Shown here: positions 1 to 9,580 of the stretch, one piece after another
Position numbering within the stretch: position 1 is the first letter of the stretch
Layout of the letters: each line of letters begins with the position of its first letter
Source of the DNA: Xylanibacter ruminicola 23
GTDB taxonomy: Bacteria; Bacteroidota; Bacteroidia; Bacteroidales; Bacteroidaceae
NCBI RefSeq assembly: GCF_000025925.1
Contig: NC_014033.1
Coordinates: 1,380,001 to 1,412,000 of the forward strand
Reading direction: 5' to 3'
Length of the DNA: 32,000 nucleotides
Translations under genes and position numbers: made by a program
Notes under the pieces: model-generated
Databases searched by the model: none
What the model was told of the DNA's origin: nothing
The model's input: only the letters and a program-made list of their open reading frames with translations

Positions 1-1623
1 GATGGTAGCATGGAAGGTAGGATTATCGGCACCAAGCAGTCCACCATTCAACTGTGTGGTGTTGCGGTCCTTCTCCTTTACGGCACCAAAGTACTTGTTG
101 CACTCCACCTCTACTGCCAGGTAGTTCTTACCCTTATGCAGCAGACCGGTTACATTGAATTTGCCACGCATAAAGGCACCCTCGATACGGCCCAGACGCT
201 GTCCGTTCAGATAAACGTTAGCTTTCCAGTTGATACCATCGAAGTTGAGCCACTGCTGCTCGCCATCAATACGCTCTACGTTGAACTCCTGACGGTACCA
301 GAAGTTTGAGCGGAAATATGATTCTGAAATCTGATTGATATCGTCGGCATAGTTTGGATCGGGAACAGCACCGATATTCATAAACGATGCCAGCACGGTG
401 CCAGGAACTGTAGCAGGCACCCAACTTCTACTATCATAATCAGCCGATGCAATCTGCTCGCCACGGGCATCCACCTCCGATGCACGCTGCAACTGCCACA
501 TGCCGCCACTCAACTCGTAGCGTCCGTTCTTCATACCAGCCAAAGCATGTGGGGTGTAAACCTGTTTCTGCTTCGACAGCACCTCCAACTCACGCAGAGC
601 ATAGCAGCCAGCCTCGCCGGGCTCCTGGAGGAGCAAGCGCACGTAGCGGGCAGTACATTGAACATTGACCATTGAAGATTGACCATTGAGAGATGCCACC
701 TTTTTCCAGGTTTGGGCGTCGTCGGATATTTGAATGATGCCTTTCTTGGGGGCATAAAGCCAGTCGAGATTAATCTGCTCGATAGGCAGACTCTTTCCAA
801 GGTCGGTGTATATCCACTGCTCGCCGCCACCATCGCTCATCCATACGCTGCTGAACTGCTGCGATGGCAACAGCTCTACATACTCGCCGATGGCATTCTG
901 GAACTGCAACTCGTACACGTCCCAGTGGGCAGCGCCAGTCATATCCATGACCACACGCAGATGCTGGGTGTTTACAGGTGTTTTAAACTTAATCAGCTCA
1001 TCCAACTGGCGTGCTGGCAACAGGCTCTCCTCGGTCTGTTTGTTGGGGTCGGAATGCAACTTATAATACAGTGGTTTACCAGGCAGTTTGTCGCCCTTCA
1101 GTTCGCCAACCACCTGCCAGTCTTTTCCATTTTCCGAAGCCTCGCAACGAATGCTGTAGCCCTCGGTAGCCAGCTGGTCGTTATAGGCCATCATACCTAC
1201 CACACGTACCCCGGCAGTTTTTACTGTCATGGCACCGCTATAGTCGTACTGCAGCCAGGTCTTCTCGCCCATCAGGATATTCTTTGAATAGGCACCGCCA
1301 TCGATAGCCCACTCTGCCTCCTTACGGGGCAGCACACCATCCTGGGTAGAAACCTTCAGCAGGATGGGATCGGCAGTATCGCAGATACCATCTGTTACCA
1401 GATGTGCCGTCAGGTTGTAGTCGATAGCCGACGAAGCCCAGACCGCACGGTGGCGTGCTACATTTGTTAATGTCTGGCCATTCTCCACCCAGCTCAGTGT
1501 GGGTGCGTAATACTCACTCTTGGCACCCGGATACTGTCCGATGCCACGCGTGTAATCAGTTGGTTGAGGTGCAGCCACAGCGCACATACCGATACACGAA
1601 AAAATTGCTGTAAGATACTTCAT
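1..1623 (-). CDS. Glycoside hydrolase family 2-like enzyme, N-terminal 541 codons (signal peptide, discoidin/F5-8 type C-like region, GH2 sugar-binding domain); the 3' end lies beyond the left window edge
   Basis: Absent from the ORF track because it runs off the edge. Manual reverse translation from the ATG (complement of 1621-1623) stays open to base 1. It begins MKYLTAIFSCIGMCAVAAPQP. It later contains SNFWYRQEFNVERIDGEQQWLNFDGINWKANVYLNGQRLGRIEGAFMRG, the typical GH2 N-terminal beta-sandwich signature. Confidence 0.75.
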   Translation of the reverse strand, partial: MKYLTAIFSCIGMCAVAAPQPTDYTRGIGQYPGAKSEYYAPTLSWVENGQTLTNVARHRAVWASSAIDYNLTAHLVTDGICDTADPILLKVSTQDGVLPRKEAEWAIDGGAYSKNILMGEKTWLQYDYSGAMTVKTAGVRVVGMMAYNDQLATEGYSIRCEASENGKDWQVVGELKGDKLPGKPLYYKLHSDPNKQTEESLLPARQLDELIKFKTPVNTQHLRVVMDMTGAAHWDVYELQFQNAIGEYVELLPSQQFSSVWMSDGGGEQWIYTDLGKSLPIEQINLDWLYAPKKGIIQISDDAQTWKKVASLNGQSSMVNVQCTARYVRLLLQEPGEAGCYALRELEVLSKQKQVYTPHALAGMKNGRYELSGGMWQLQRASEVDARGEQIASADYDSRSWVPATVPGTVLASFMNIGAVPDPNYADDINQISESYFRSNFWYRQEFNVERIDGEQQWLNFDGINWKANVYLNGQRLGRIEGAFMRGKFNVTGLLHKGKNYLAVEVECNKYFGAVKEKDRNTTQLNGGLLGADNPTFHATI

Positions 1624-1650
1624 ATTGTCGTAGTTTCTGATTTTTGTGCA

Positions 1651-1658
1651 CAAAAGTA
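1651..1658 (-). promoter_or_regulatory. Bacteroidetes-type -7 promoter box (TACTTTTG on the minus strand) for the GH2 gene
   Basis: Plus-strand CAAAAGTA is the reverse complement of TAnnTTTG. It lies about 28 nt upstream of the GH2 ATG at 1623. Confidence 0.45.
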
Positions 1659-1701
1659 CAAAAAAAATGGATACCATACTAAACTTTCGTCATTTTTTTG
1701 C

Positions 1702-1709
1702 TATCTTTG
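1702..1709 (+). promoter_or_regulatory. Bacteroidetes-type -7 promoter box TATCTTTG for the GH29-GH92-GH29-GH3-GH92(-cutC) operon
   Basis: Exact TAnnTTTG match 30 nt upstream of ATG 1739. Confidence 0.5.
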
Positions 1710-1738
1710 CAACCATAACTAATATACAATTTCTATTT

Positions 1739-3109
1739 ATGCTAAAAACAAGAAGATTATGTCTGGCCTTAGGGCTGGCAGTGTGCCTGACGGTAGGCGC
1801 ACAGGATAACGAGATTCATCAGCGTTCCGAAACCTACGAGTGGCCAACCGACCAGCTGGTAGTTAAGAATCTTAAAGCATGGCAGGACCTGAAGTTCGGC
1901 GTGCTGTTTCATTGGGGATTGTATGCCGTACCAGGCATGGTAGAATCATGGGCTATCTGCGACGAGAACTGGATAACCCGCGACTCTACACGCACCTATC
2001 AGCAGTATATGGACTGGTATTTCGGACTGGCCGATGAGCTGAAACCCACCAAGTTTGATCCTACCCAGTGGGCTGAGGCCTGCAGCAATGCGGGTATGAA
2101 ATATATGATTTTCACCACCAAGCACCACGATGGTTTCTGTATGTGGGATTCACAGGAGACCGATTTTACCATTGCCAAGCACGCCTTTAAGGACGATCCA
2201 CGTCGCGATGTGCTGAAGCATGTGCTGGATGCCTTCCGCCAGAAGCAGTTCACCATCGGTACCTACTTCTCTAAGCCCGACTGGCACTCGCAGTACTACT
2301 GGTGGGATGTGTATGCCAAGAAAGGTCGCAACGTGAACTATCCCGTTGATCAGCACCCCTGGCGCTGGCAGCAGTTCAAGAAGTTCACCCACAATCAGAT
2401 GAACGAAATTCTGTCGCGTTACGGTAAGGTAGATATCCTGTGGCTCGATGGCGGCTGGGTAGCTAAAGAAAACCGCGGTCAGGATCTGGATATGCCCGAG
2501 GTGGCCCGTATCGCCCGTAAGAATCAGCCTGGCATCATTATCGTAGATCGTACCATCCATGGTCCTTACGAGAACTACCAGACACCCGAGCGCACCATCC
2601 CTGAGACACAGTTGGATTTCCCCTGGGAGAGCTGTATCCCTCTGAGCGACGACTGGGGCTGGGTACCACGTCCACGTTTCAAGAGTCCTGAGAAGGTGAT
2701 TGGCACCCTCATCGAGATTGTTGCCAAGGGTGGAAACCTGGTGTTAGGCGTTGGTCCTACTCCCGAAGGACTGATCGAGCCTGAGAGCGTGAAGCGCCTG
2801 AATGCCATTGGTGCCTGGCTTAAGCTGAACGGTAAAGCCATCTATAACACCACCATCACCCCTTATTACAACGAGGGTAATGTATGGTTCACCAAAGCCA
2901 AGGATGGTAGTCGCTACTATGCCATCTACCGTTTGAACGATGGCGAGAAACTGCCTACCAGCATCACCTGGAGCCAGAATCTGCCAAAGAAAGCCATCCG
3001 TTTGGTTAGCAACGGCAAACGTGTAAAATACAAGCTGCAGGGCAATCAGGTAACCGTTTATCTGCCCAAGCAGCTGCCACAGCAGTCGATTGCACTTGAA
3101 ATAGAATAA
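1739..3109 (+). CDS. GH29 alpha-L-fucosidase (secreted)
   Basis: ORF track gives 1646..3109. I prefer ATG 1739: MLKTRRLCLALGLAVCLTVGAQ reads as a signal peptide, and the GTG at 1646 lies upstream of the -7 box. GH29 hallmarks are KFGVLFHWGLYAVPG, TKHHDGFCMWDS and VDILWLDGGW. Confidence 0.9.
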   Translation: MLKTRRLCLALGLAVCLTVGAQDNEIHQRSETYEWPTDQLVVKNLKAWQDLKFGVLFHWGLYAVPGMVESWAICDENWITRDSTRTYQQYMDWYFGLADELKPTKFDPTQWAEACSNAGMKYMIFTTKHHDGFCMWDSQETDFTIAKHAFKDDPRRDVLKHVLDAFRQKQFTIGTYFSKPDWHSQYYWWDVYAKKGRNVNYPVDQHPWRWQQFKKFTHNQMNEILSRYGKVDILWLDGGWVAKENRGQDLDMPEVARIARKNQPGIIIVDRTIHGPYENYQTPERTIPETQLDFPWESCIPLSDDWGWVPRPRFKSPEKVIGTLIEIVAKGGNLVLGVGPTPEGLIEPESVKRLNAIGAWLKLNGKAIYNTTITPYYNEGNVWFTKAKDGSRYYAIYRLNDGEKLPTSITWSQNLPKKAIRLVSNGKRVKYKLQGNQVTVYLPKQLPQQSIALEIE

Positions 3110-3135
3110 CACTTGTAAAACTAAACTTTGAACTT

Positions 3136-5412
3136 ATGAAGACATTAAGCATGAAGAAGGCTTTCATTGCCTTGTCACTTCTAACATGTCAGTCGGTTGC
3201 TTTTGCTAAGATGCAGCCGGTGGATTATGTGAGTACCTTGGTAGGTACCGAGTCGAACTACAACCTCTCAACAGGTAACACCTACCCTGCTGTAGCCATG
3301 CCCTGGGGTATGAACTTCTGGGTAGCGCAGACCGGTAAGAATGGCGATGGCTGGCAATACACCTATACCGCCAACAAGATTCGCGGCTTGAAGCAAACCC
3401 ACCAGCCCAGTCCTTGGATTAACGATTACGGACAGTTCTCGCTGATGCCCACGGTAGGTCCGAAGGTGTTCAACGAAAACAAGCGTGCCAGCTGGTTCTC
3501 GCATAAGGCCGAGGTAGCCACACCCTATTATTACAGCGTGTATCTGGCTGATTACGATGTAACTGCCGAGGTGGCTCCTACCGAGCGAGCTGCTGTGATG
3601 CAGTTTACCTTCCCCGAGACTGATGAGGCCAACGTGGTGATTGATGCCTTTGATAAAGGTTCGTACGTAAAAATCATCCCCACCGAGAATAAGGTGATAG
3701 GCTATACCACCAAGAACAGCGGCGGTGTACCCGAGAACTTCAAGAACTGGTTTGTGATGGTGTTCGATAAGCCATTCGCCAGCAGCGTAACGGTGCAGGA
3801 TAGCATTTTTACCAATCAGTTGGAGATGACAGCCCATCATGCCGGTGCCATCGTATCGTTCAAAACCCGTAGAGGCGAGAAGGTATGTGCCCGTGTGGCA
3901 TCATCATTCATCAGTCTGGAGCAAGCCGAGCAGAACCTCAACGAGATTGGCAAGCGTTCGCTGCAGCAAGTAAAAGCTGCCGGCTGCAAACGCTGGAACG
4001 AGGTATTGGGACGTATCGAGATCGAGGATAATGATATCGACCACCTGCGCACGTTCTATAGCTGCTTGTACCGCTCAGTGCTCTTCCCACGTAGTTTCTA
4101 CGAGCTCAACGCCCAGGGCGAGCCCATCCACTACAGTCCTTACAACGGCGAGGTCCGTAAGGGTTATATGTTTACCGATACCGGTTTCTGGGATACCTTC
4201 CGCTGCCTGTTCCCACTGCTTAATCTGGTTTATCCCTCGATGAACACCAAGATGCAGGAAGGACTGGTGAATGCCTATCTGGAGAGCGGTTTCCTACCCG
4301 AATGGGCCAGTCCAGGTCACCGTGGTTGTATGGTAGGCAACAACTCTGCCTCGATTGTAGCCGATGCCTACCTGAAGGGTCTGCGTGGCTACGATATCAA
4401 CAAGCTGTGGGAGGCTGTGGTTCACGGCACCCAGGCTGTACACCCCGAAGTGAGCAGCACAGGCCGTTTGGGCTACGAGTACTACAACAAGTTGGGTTAT
4501 GTGCCTTACGATGTAAAAATCAATGAGAATGCCGCCCGCACCCTGGAGTATGCCTACGACGACTGGTGTATCTACCTGTTAGGTAAAGCCTTAGGAAAAA
4601 AGAAAAAAGAGATCGACGTGTTTGCCAAGCGCGCCATGAACTATAAGAACCTGTTTGATGCCGAGACCAAGCTGATGCGAGGTCGCCTGAAGAATGGCGA
4701 GTTCATGAAGCCCTTCAACCCTTTGAAATGGGGCGATGCCTTTACCGAGGGTAACTCATGGCATTACACCTGGTCGGTATTCCACGACCCACAGGGACTC
4801 ATCAACCTGATGGGTGGTAAGGCAGCCTTTAATCAGATGCTCGACTCGGTATTTGCCCTGCCTCCCGTGTTTGATGACAGCTACTATGGCTTTACCATCC
4901 ACGAGATCCGTGAGATGCAGATTATGAACATGGGTAACTATGCCCACGGCAACCAGCCCATACAGCACATGATCTATCTGTATGGCTACAGCGGCGAGCC
5001 TTGGAAAACCCAGTACTGGATTAACCAGACGATGAACCGCATGTACAATGCCAACCCCGATGGCTATTGCGGCGATGAAGACAACGGACAGACATCGGCC
5101 TGGTATGTGTTCTCGGCTCTGGGATTCTATCCCGTTTGTCCAGGTAGCAACCAGTATGTGATTGGTACCCCATACTTTAAGCAGGCTACCGTACACCTGG
5201 AGAACGGCAATACGCTCTCTATCGATGCCGACGGCGAAGGCTGCTATATCCAGCAAATGACGCTGAACGGCGCCGACTACCAGCATAACTACCTGGATCA
5301 CAACCAGCTGATGCAGGGCGCTACCATCCGTTTCGGTATGAGTACCACCGCCAACAAGCAGCGCGGCACCCAACCACAGGATGCGCCGTATTCATTCTCG
5401 AATGCACAATAA
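3136..5412 (+). CDS. GH92 alpha-mannosidase (secreted)
   Basis: Signal peptide MKKAFIALSLLTCQSVAFA. GH92 hallmarks are GNTYPAVAMPWGMNFW and GDEDNGQTSAWYVFSALGFYPVCPG. Confidence 0.9.
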   Translation: MKTLSMKKAFIALSLLTCQSVAFAKMQPVDYVSTLVGTESNYNLSTGNTYPAVAMPWGMNFWVAQTGKNGDGWQYTYTANKIRGLKQTHQPSPWINDYGQFSLMPTVGPKVFNENKRASWFSHKAEVATPYYYSVYLADYDVTAEVAPTERAAVMQFTFPETDEANVVIDAFDKGSYVKIIPTENKVIGYTTKNSGGVPENFKNWFVMVFDKPFASSVTVQDSIFTNQLEMTAHHAGAIVSFKTRRGEKVCARVASSFISLEQAEQNLNEIGKRSLQQVKAAGCKRWNEVLGRIEIEDNDIDHLRTFYSCLYRSVLFPRSFYELNAQGEPIHYSPYNGEVRKGYMFTDTGFWDTFRCLFPLLNLVYPSMNTKMQEGLVNAYLESGFLPEWASPGHRGCMVGNNSASIVADAYLKGLRGYDINKLWEAVVHGTQAVHPEVSSTGRLGYEYYNKLGYVPYDVKINENAARTLEYAYDDWCIYLLGKALGKKKKEIDVFAKRAMNYKNLFDAETKLMRGRLKNGEFMKPFNPLKWGDAFTEGNSWHYTWSVFHDPQGLINLMGGKAAFNQMLDSVFALPPVFDDSYYGFTIHEIREMQIMNMGNYAHGNQPIQHMIYLYGYSGEPWKTQYWINQTMNRMYNANPDGYCGDEDNGQTSAWYVFSALGFYPVCPGSNQYVIGTPYFKQATVHLENGNTLSIDADGEGCYIQQMTLNGADYQHNYLDHNQLMQGATIRFGMSTTANKQRGTQPQDAPYSFSNAQ

Positions 5413-5423
5413 TAACACAAAAT

Positions 5424-7229
5424 ATGAAACAATTACTTTTACTATTCAGTTTTAACTTCCTACTACTCCCTACTTTTGCCCAGAAGCAGGCCCCCGCACC
5501 AGTTGCGCCCCTGCCTACAGCCCATCAGGTGGCTTGGCAGAAGTTAGAGACTTATGCTTTTATCCACTTCGGTCCCAACACCTTTGGCGATCGCGAGTGG
5601 GGCTATGGCGATGCGCCATTGAGTGATTTCAACCCCACCAAGCTCGACACCGAGCAATGGGCCCACACCATCAAGGCTGCCGGTATGAAAGGCGTGATAC
5701 TCACCGCTAAGCACCACGACGGTTTTTGTTTGTGGCCCACCAAGTACACCGACTACAGCGTTCGTAATACGCCTTACAAGGATGGTAAGGGCGATATTGT
5801 AGGCGAGTTGGCAGCCGCCTGTAAGAAGTACGGCCTGAAACTGGGTCTGTATCTCTCGCCATGGGATCGCCATCAGGCATTCTACAGCACCCCACTCTAT
5901 GTGGAGTATTTCTATGCCCAGCTCGAGGAGTTGCTCACCCAGTATGGCGAGCTTTTCGAGGTGTGGTTCGATGGTGCCAACGGTGGTGATGGCTGGTATG
6001 GCGGTGCCAAGGAGCAGCGCAAGATTGATCGCCGTACCTACTACGATTTCCCCCGTGCCCACAAACTGGTGTATAAGCATCAGCCACAAGCCATCATCTT
6101 TAGCGATGGCGGCCCCGGTTGCCGTTGGGTTGGCAACGAAGAGGGTTATGCCGATGCCACCAACTGGTCGTTCCTGCGAATCAACGAGGTTTATCCTGGT
6201 TACGATAAGTACTACGAGCTGACCAGCGGACATGCCGATGGCGACACCTGGGTTCCCTCGGAGTGCAACACTAGTATCCGTCCGGGGTGGTTCTATCACG
6301 AGAGCGAGGATGCCCGTGTAAAAAGCATCCCACAGCTCACCGACCTGTACTACCGTAGCGTAGGTCATAACGGCACATTCCTGCTCAATTTCCCCGTAGA
6401 TAAGGAAGGACTCATCCATCCTATCGACTCGGCTAATGCCGTGAACTATCACCAGCAGGTAGCTGCCGAACTGAGTAACAACCTGCTGCGTAAAGTCAGC
6501 ATCAAAGCCTCGAACGTACGTGATAAGAAACTGTACGCAACGGCAAATCTGACCGACGGCAACTACGATACCTACTGGGCTACCGAGGACGGTGTAACTA
6601 CTGCTACACTCGAGATTGCACTCAAAGGTACGCAGAAGATTAACCGTATCATGCTGCAGGAGTATATTCCTCTGGGTCAGCGTGTTAGCAAGTTCCACTT
6701 AGAGTACTTTAACGGCGGCAAATGGCAGCCCGTCAGCATCAAGGAGGCTACTACCACTATCGGTTACAAACGCCTGCTGCGCTTCCAGACCATTACCGCC
6801 AAGAAGCTGCGTGTATGCTTCGACGAGGCTCGTGGTCCGCTCTGCATCAACGGCATCGGTGCCTACTATGCCCCCAAGGCTATGGAGAGCTACCAGCAGC
6901 AGGAACTGAATCTGAAAGGCTTTGATTACACCATCCAGCAGCAGGATGCCAAAGCCATCACCATCGACCTGGGTCGCACCCGTCAGATACGTTCGCTGCA
7001 TTACAAGCCTACCACCACTGGTATGATCTCGCACTACGAGATATGGGCTGGTAATACCCTCGACAACATGAAGCGTATTGCCGCAGGCGAGTTCTCGAAC
7101 ATCCGCAACAACCCCATTATGCAGGATGTGTATTTTGCACCCGCCGACTGCCGTTACGTACAGCTGAAAGCCGTACACCTGGTTAACGAATCAGAATCAG
7201 CATCTTACGATAAACTCATCATTCTGTAA
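5424..7229 (+). CDS. GH29 alpha-L-fucosidase with C-terminal discoidin/CBM32-like domains
   Basis: Signal peptide present. GH29 motifs are HFGPNTFGDREWGYGD, TAKHHDGFCLWPT and FEVWFDGANGG. The C-terminal NLTDGNYDTYWATE stretch is F5/8 type C-like. Confidence 0.9.
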   Translation: MKQLLLLFSFNFLLLPTFAQKQAPAPVAPLPTAHQVAWQKLETYAFIHFGPNTFGDREWGYGDAPLSDFNPTKLDTEQWAHTIKAAGMKGVILTAKHHDGFCLWPTKYTDYSVRNTPYKDGKGDIVGELAAACKKYGLKLGLYLSPWDRHQAFYSTPLYVEYFYAQLEELLTQYGELFEVWFDGANGGDGWYGGAKEQRKIDRRTYYDFPRAHKLVYKHQPQAIIFSDGGPGCRWVGNEEGYADATNWSFLRINEVYPGYDKYYELTSGHADGDTWVPSECNTSIRPGWFYHESEDARVKSIPQLTDLYYRSVGHNGTFLLNFPVDKEGLIHPIDSANAVNYHQQVAAELSNNLLRKVSIKASNVRDKKLYATANLTDGNYDTYWATEDGVTTATLEIALKGTQKINRIMLQEYIPLGQRVSKFHLEYFNGGKWQPVSIKEATTTIGYKRLLRFQTITAKKLRVCFDEARGPLCINGIGAYYAPKAMESYQQQELNLKGFDYTIQQQDAKAITIDLGRTRQIRSLHYKPTTTGMISHYEIWAGNTLDNMKRIAAGEFSNIRNNPIMQDVYFAPADCRYVQLKAVHLVNESESASYDKLIIL

Positions 7230-7231
7230 AC

Positions 7232-9580
7232 ATGAAACGAATACTGATATCAACAATGGCTTGCTGCATGGCCCTGAGCCTGTCGGCCGCCAAAAAGAAA
7301 GCTAAGGAGCTACTGCCCTACCAGAACCCGAAACTCTCGGTAGAACAGCGTGTAAACGACCTGGTTAGTCGTATGACATTGCAGGAGAAAGTGGGCCAGT
7401 TACGCTGCACCTTGGCATGGAACTACTACACCATCAAAGGAAAGAATGTAGAACCCTCGGAGCTGTTTAAGAAGGATATTGCCGAAGGACAGATAGGTAT
7501 GCTCTGGGGTACCTACCGTGCCGACCCCTGGACACAGAAGTCGCTCGAGAACGGACTCAACCCCGAACTGGCAGCCAAGGCTGGTAATGCCCTGCAGAAG
7601 TATGTGATAGAGCACACCCGACTGGGTATCCCCCTGTTCTTAGCCGAAGAGGCACCCCACGGACATATGGCTATCGGCACTACCGTATTCCCCACCGGAT
7701 TCGGTATGGCTGCCACCTGGAACCCAGCCCTGATTGAGAAAACCGGCGAGGTGATTGGTCAGGAAATCCGCTTGCAGGGCGGCCATATCAGCTATGGTCC
7801 GGTATTAGACCTGGCCCGCGAGCCCCGTTGGTCGCGTGTCGAGGAGACGATGGGTGAAGACCCCGTACTGGCAGGCGAGTTAGGTGCTGCCATGGTAAAA
7901 GGACTGGGTGGCGGCATCCTGTCGAAGCCCTATAGCACCATCGCCACACTGAAGCATTTCATCGGCTACGGCACCACCGAGGCCGGACAGAATGGCGGTA
8001 TCACCATTGCCGGTGCACGCGAGTTGCAGGAGAGTTTCCTGCCCCCATTCAAGAAAGCCATCAATGCCGGCGCCCTGTCGGTGATGACCAGCTATAACTC
8101 GCTGGATGGTATCCCCAGCACCTGCAGCAAGGCGCTGCTTACCGACCTGCTGCGCACCCAGTGGGGATTCAACGGCTTTGTAGTCAGCGACCTGTATAGC
8201 ATCGACGGTATCCATGGCACCCACCGTGTAGCCGAGACCAAGCAGCAAGCAGGTGTGATGGCACTGAAGGCAGGTGTTGATGCCGACCTTGGTGCCCTGG
8301 CTTTCGGCAGATTGGAAGATGCCGTACAGAAAGGCATGGTAACTGAGGCTGAGATTGATGTAGCTGTCAAGCGCATTCTGAAGATGAAGTTCGAGATGGG
8401 CTTGTTTGAGCATCCTTATGTAGATGCAGCCCAGGCCAAGCAGCTGGTTCGCAGCGATAACAACAAGGCTGTTGCCCTGCAGGTGGCTCGCGAGATTATC
8501 ACCCTGCTTAAGAACCAGAACCACGTGCTGCCACTTAGTAAAACCCAGAAGGTGCTGGTGTGCGGACCTAATGCCGACAACGTGTATAACATGCTGGGCG
8601 ACTATACCGCACCACAGGAAGAAGGCAACGTAAAAACCATCCTCGCTGGCATCCGCAGCAAACTGCCAGCCAGTCAGGTAACCTACGTCAAGGGTTGTGC
8701 CGTACGCGACACCACCGCATCGAACATTGCCGAGGCAGTAGCTGCAGCCAAACAGGCCGATGTCGTCGTGGTAGCTGTAGGCGGTTCGAGTGCCCGCGAC
8801 TTCAAGACCAGCTATAAGGAGACCGGTGCTGCTGTTACCGACAGCAAGACTATCAGCGATATGGACTGCGGCGAAGGATTCGACCGTGCCACCCTCACCC
8901 CATTGGGTCATCAGATGCAGCTGCTCAAGGCCCTCAAGGCTATCGGTAAACCACTGGTAGTGGTATATATCGAAGGTCGTCCCATGGATAAGAGTTGGGC
9001 CGCCCAGCATGCCGATGCGCTACTCACAGCTTACTATCCCGGACAGGAAGGTGGTACCGCCATTGCCGACGTGCTGTTTGGTGATTATAACCCAGCCGGA
9101 CGCCTGCCTGTATCGGTACCCGCCAACGTAGGTCAGATTCCAGTTTACTACAACAAGAAGCCACCTATGCCACACGATTATGTAGAGATGAGTGCCCGTC
9201 CGCTGTATGCCTTTGGCTACGGCTTGTCGTACACCACCTTCAAGTACGACGACCTGAACATCGAGGAGACTGGCGATACCCAGTTTAAGGTAACCTTCAA
9301 CGTTACCAATACCGGCGATATGGATGGCGACGAGGTGGTGCAGCTGTATCTGCACGACGAGTTTGCCTCTACTGCCCAGCCTATGATGCAGCTCAAGAAG
9401 TTCAGTCGTATCTTCATCCCCAAGGGCGAAACCAAGCAGGTATCGTTCACCCTCGAAGCCGAGGACCTGGAGATTGTAGACCAAGAGATGAACCACGTCG
9501 TAGAGACTGGCGACTTTACCGTGATGATAGGTCCCAGCTCGGATAACATTATTCTTAAAGCCACATTTACCCAGAATTAA
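7232..9580 (+). CDS. GH3 exo-glycosidase (beta-glucosidase/beta-xylosidase type; specificity not determinable)
   Basis: Motifs RLGIPLFLAEEAPHG, GFNGFVVSDLYSIDG (nucleophile Asp region) and YPGQEGGTAIADVLFGDYNPAGRLPVS. The start lies 2 nt after the previous stop. Confidence 0.9.
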   Translation: MKRILISTMACCMALSLSAAKKKAKELLPYQNPKLSVEQRVNDLVSRMTLQEKVGQLRCTLAWNYYTIKGKNVEPSELFKKDIAEGQIGMLWGTYRADPWTQKSLENGLNPELAAKAGNALQKYVIEHTRLGIPLFLAEEAPHGHMAIGTTVFPTGFGMAATWNPALIEKTGEVIGQEIRLQGGHISYGPVLDLAREPRWSRVEETMGEDPVLAGELGAAMVKGLGGGILSKPYSTIATLKHFIGYGTTEAGQNGGITIAGARELQESFLPPFKKAINAGALSVMTSYNSLDGIPSTCSKALLTDLLRTQWGFNGFVVSDLYSIDGIHGTHRVAETKQQAGVMALKAGVDADLGALAFGRLEDAVQKGMVTEAEIDVAVKRILKMKFEMGLFEHPYVDAAQAKQLVRSDNNKAVALQVAREIITLLKNQNHVLPLSKTQKVLVCGPNADNVYNMLGDYTAPQEEGNVKTILAGIRSKLPASQVTYVKGCAVRDTTASNIAEAVAAAKQADVVVVAVGGSSARDFKTSYKETGAAVTDSKTISDMDCGEGFDRATLTPLGHQMQLLKALKAIGKPLVVVYIEGRPMDKSWAAQHADALLTAYYPGQEGGTAIADVLFGDYNPAGRLPVSVPANVGQIPVYYNKKPPMPHDYVEMSARPLYAFGYGLSYTTFKYDDLNIEETGDTQFKVTFNVTNTGDMDGDEVVQLYLHDEFASTAQPMMQLKKFSRIFIPKGETKQVSFTLEAEDLEIVDQEMNHVVETGDFTVMIGPSSDNIILKATFTQN

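Noticed and set aside
664-689. Direct repeat ATTGACCATTGA x2 (14-bp period) inside the GH2 coding region.
   Set aside because: The period is not a multiple of 3, and the region translates cleanly as part of the GH2 ORF (NGQSSMVNVQ). This is most simply a coincidental coding-sequence repeat.
1646-1738. N-terminal extension of the first GH29 gene, starting from GTG 1646 (MHKSTKKMDTILNF).
   Set aside because: The extension starts upstream of the TATCTTTG promoter box at 1702-1709 and lies inside the divergent promoter region. ATG 1739 gives a normal signal peptide.
5544-6698. Long antisense ORFs inside well-supported genes. Examples are 5544..6698 (-), 7880..9010 (-), 13424..14836 (+), 16683..17945 (+), 15213..15683 (+), 18291..18857 (+) and 19843..20511 (+).
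   Set aside because: Each lies entirely opposite a gene with clear family motifs. Their translations are low-complexity and rich in Leu/Val/Gly/His, typical of shadow ORFs in this codon usage. No promoter boxes or recognisable motifs were seen.
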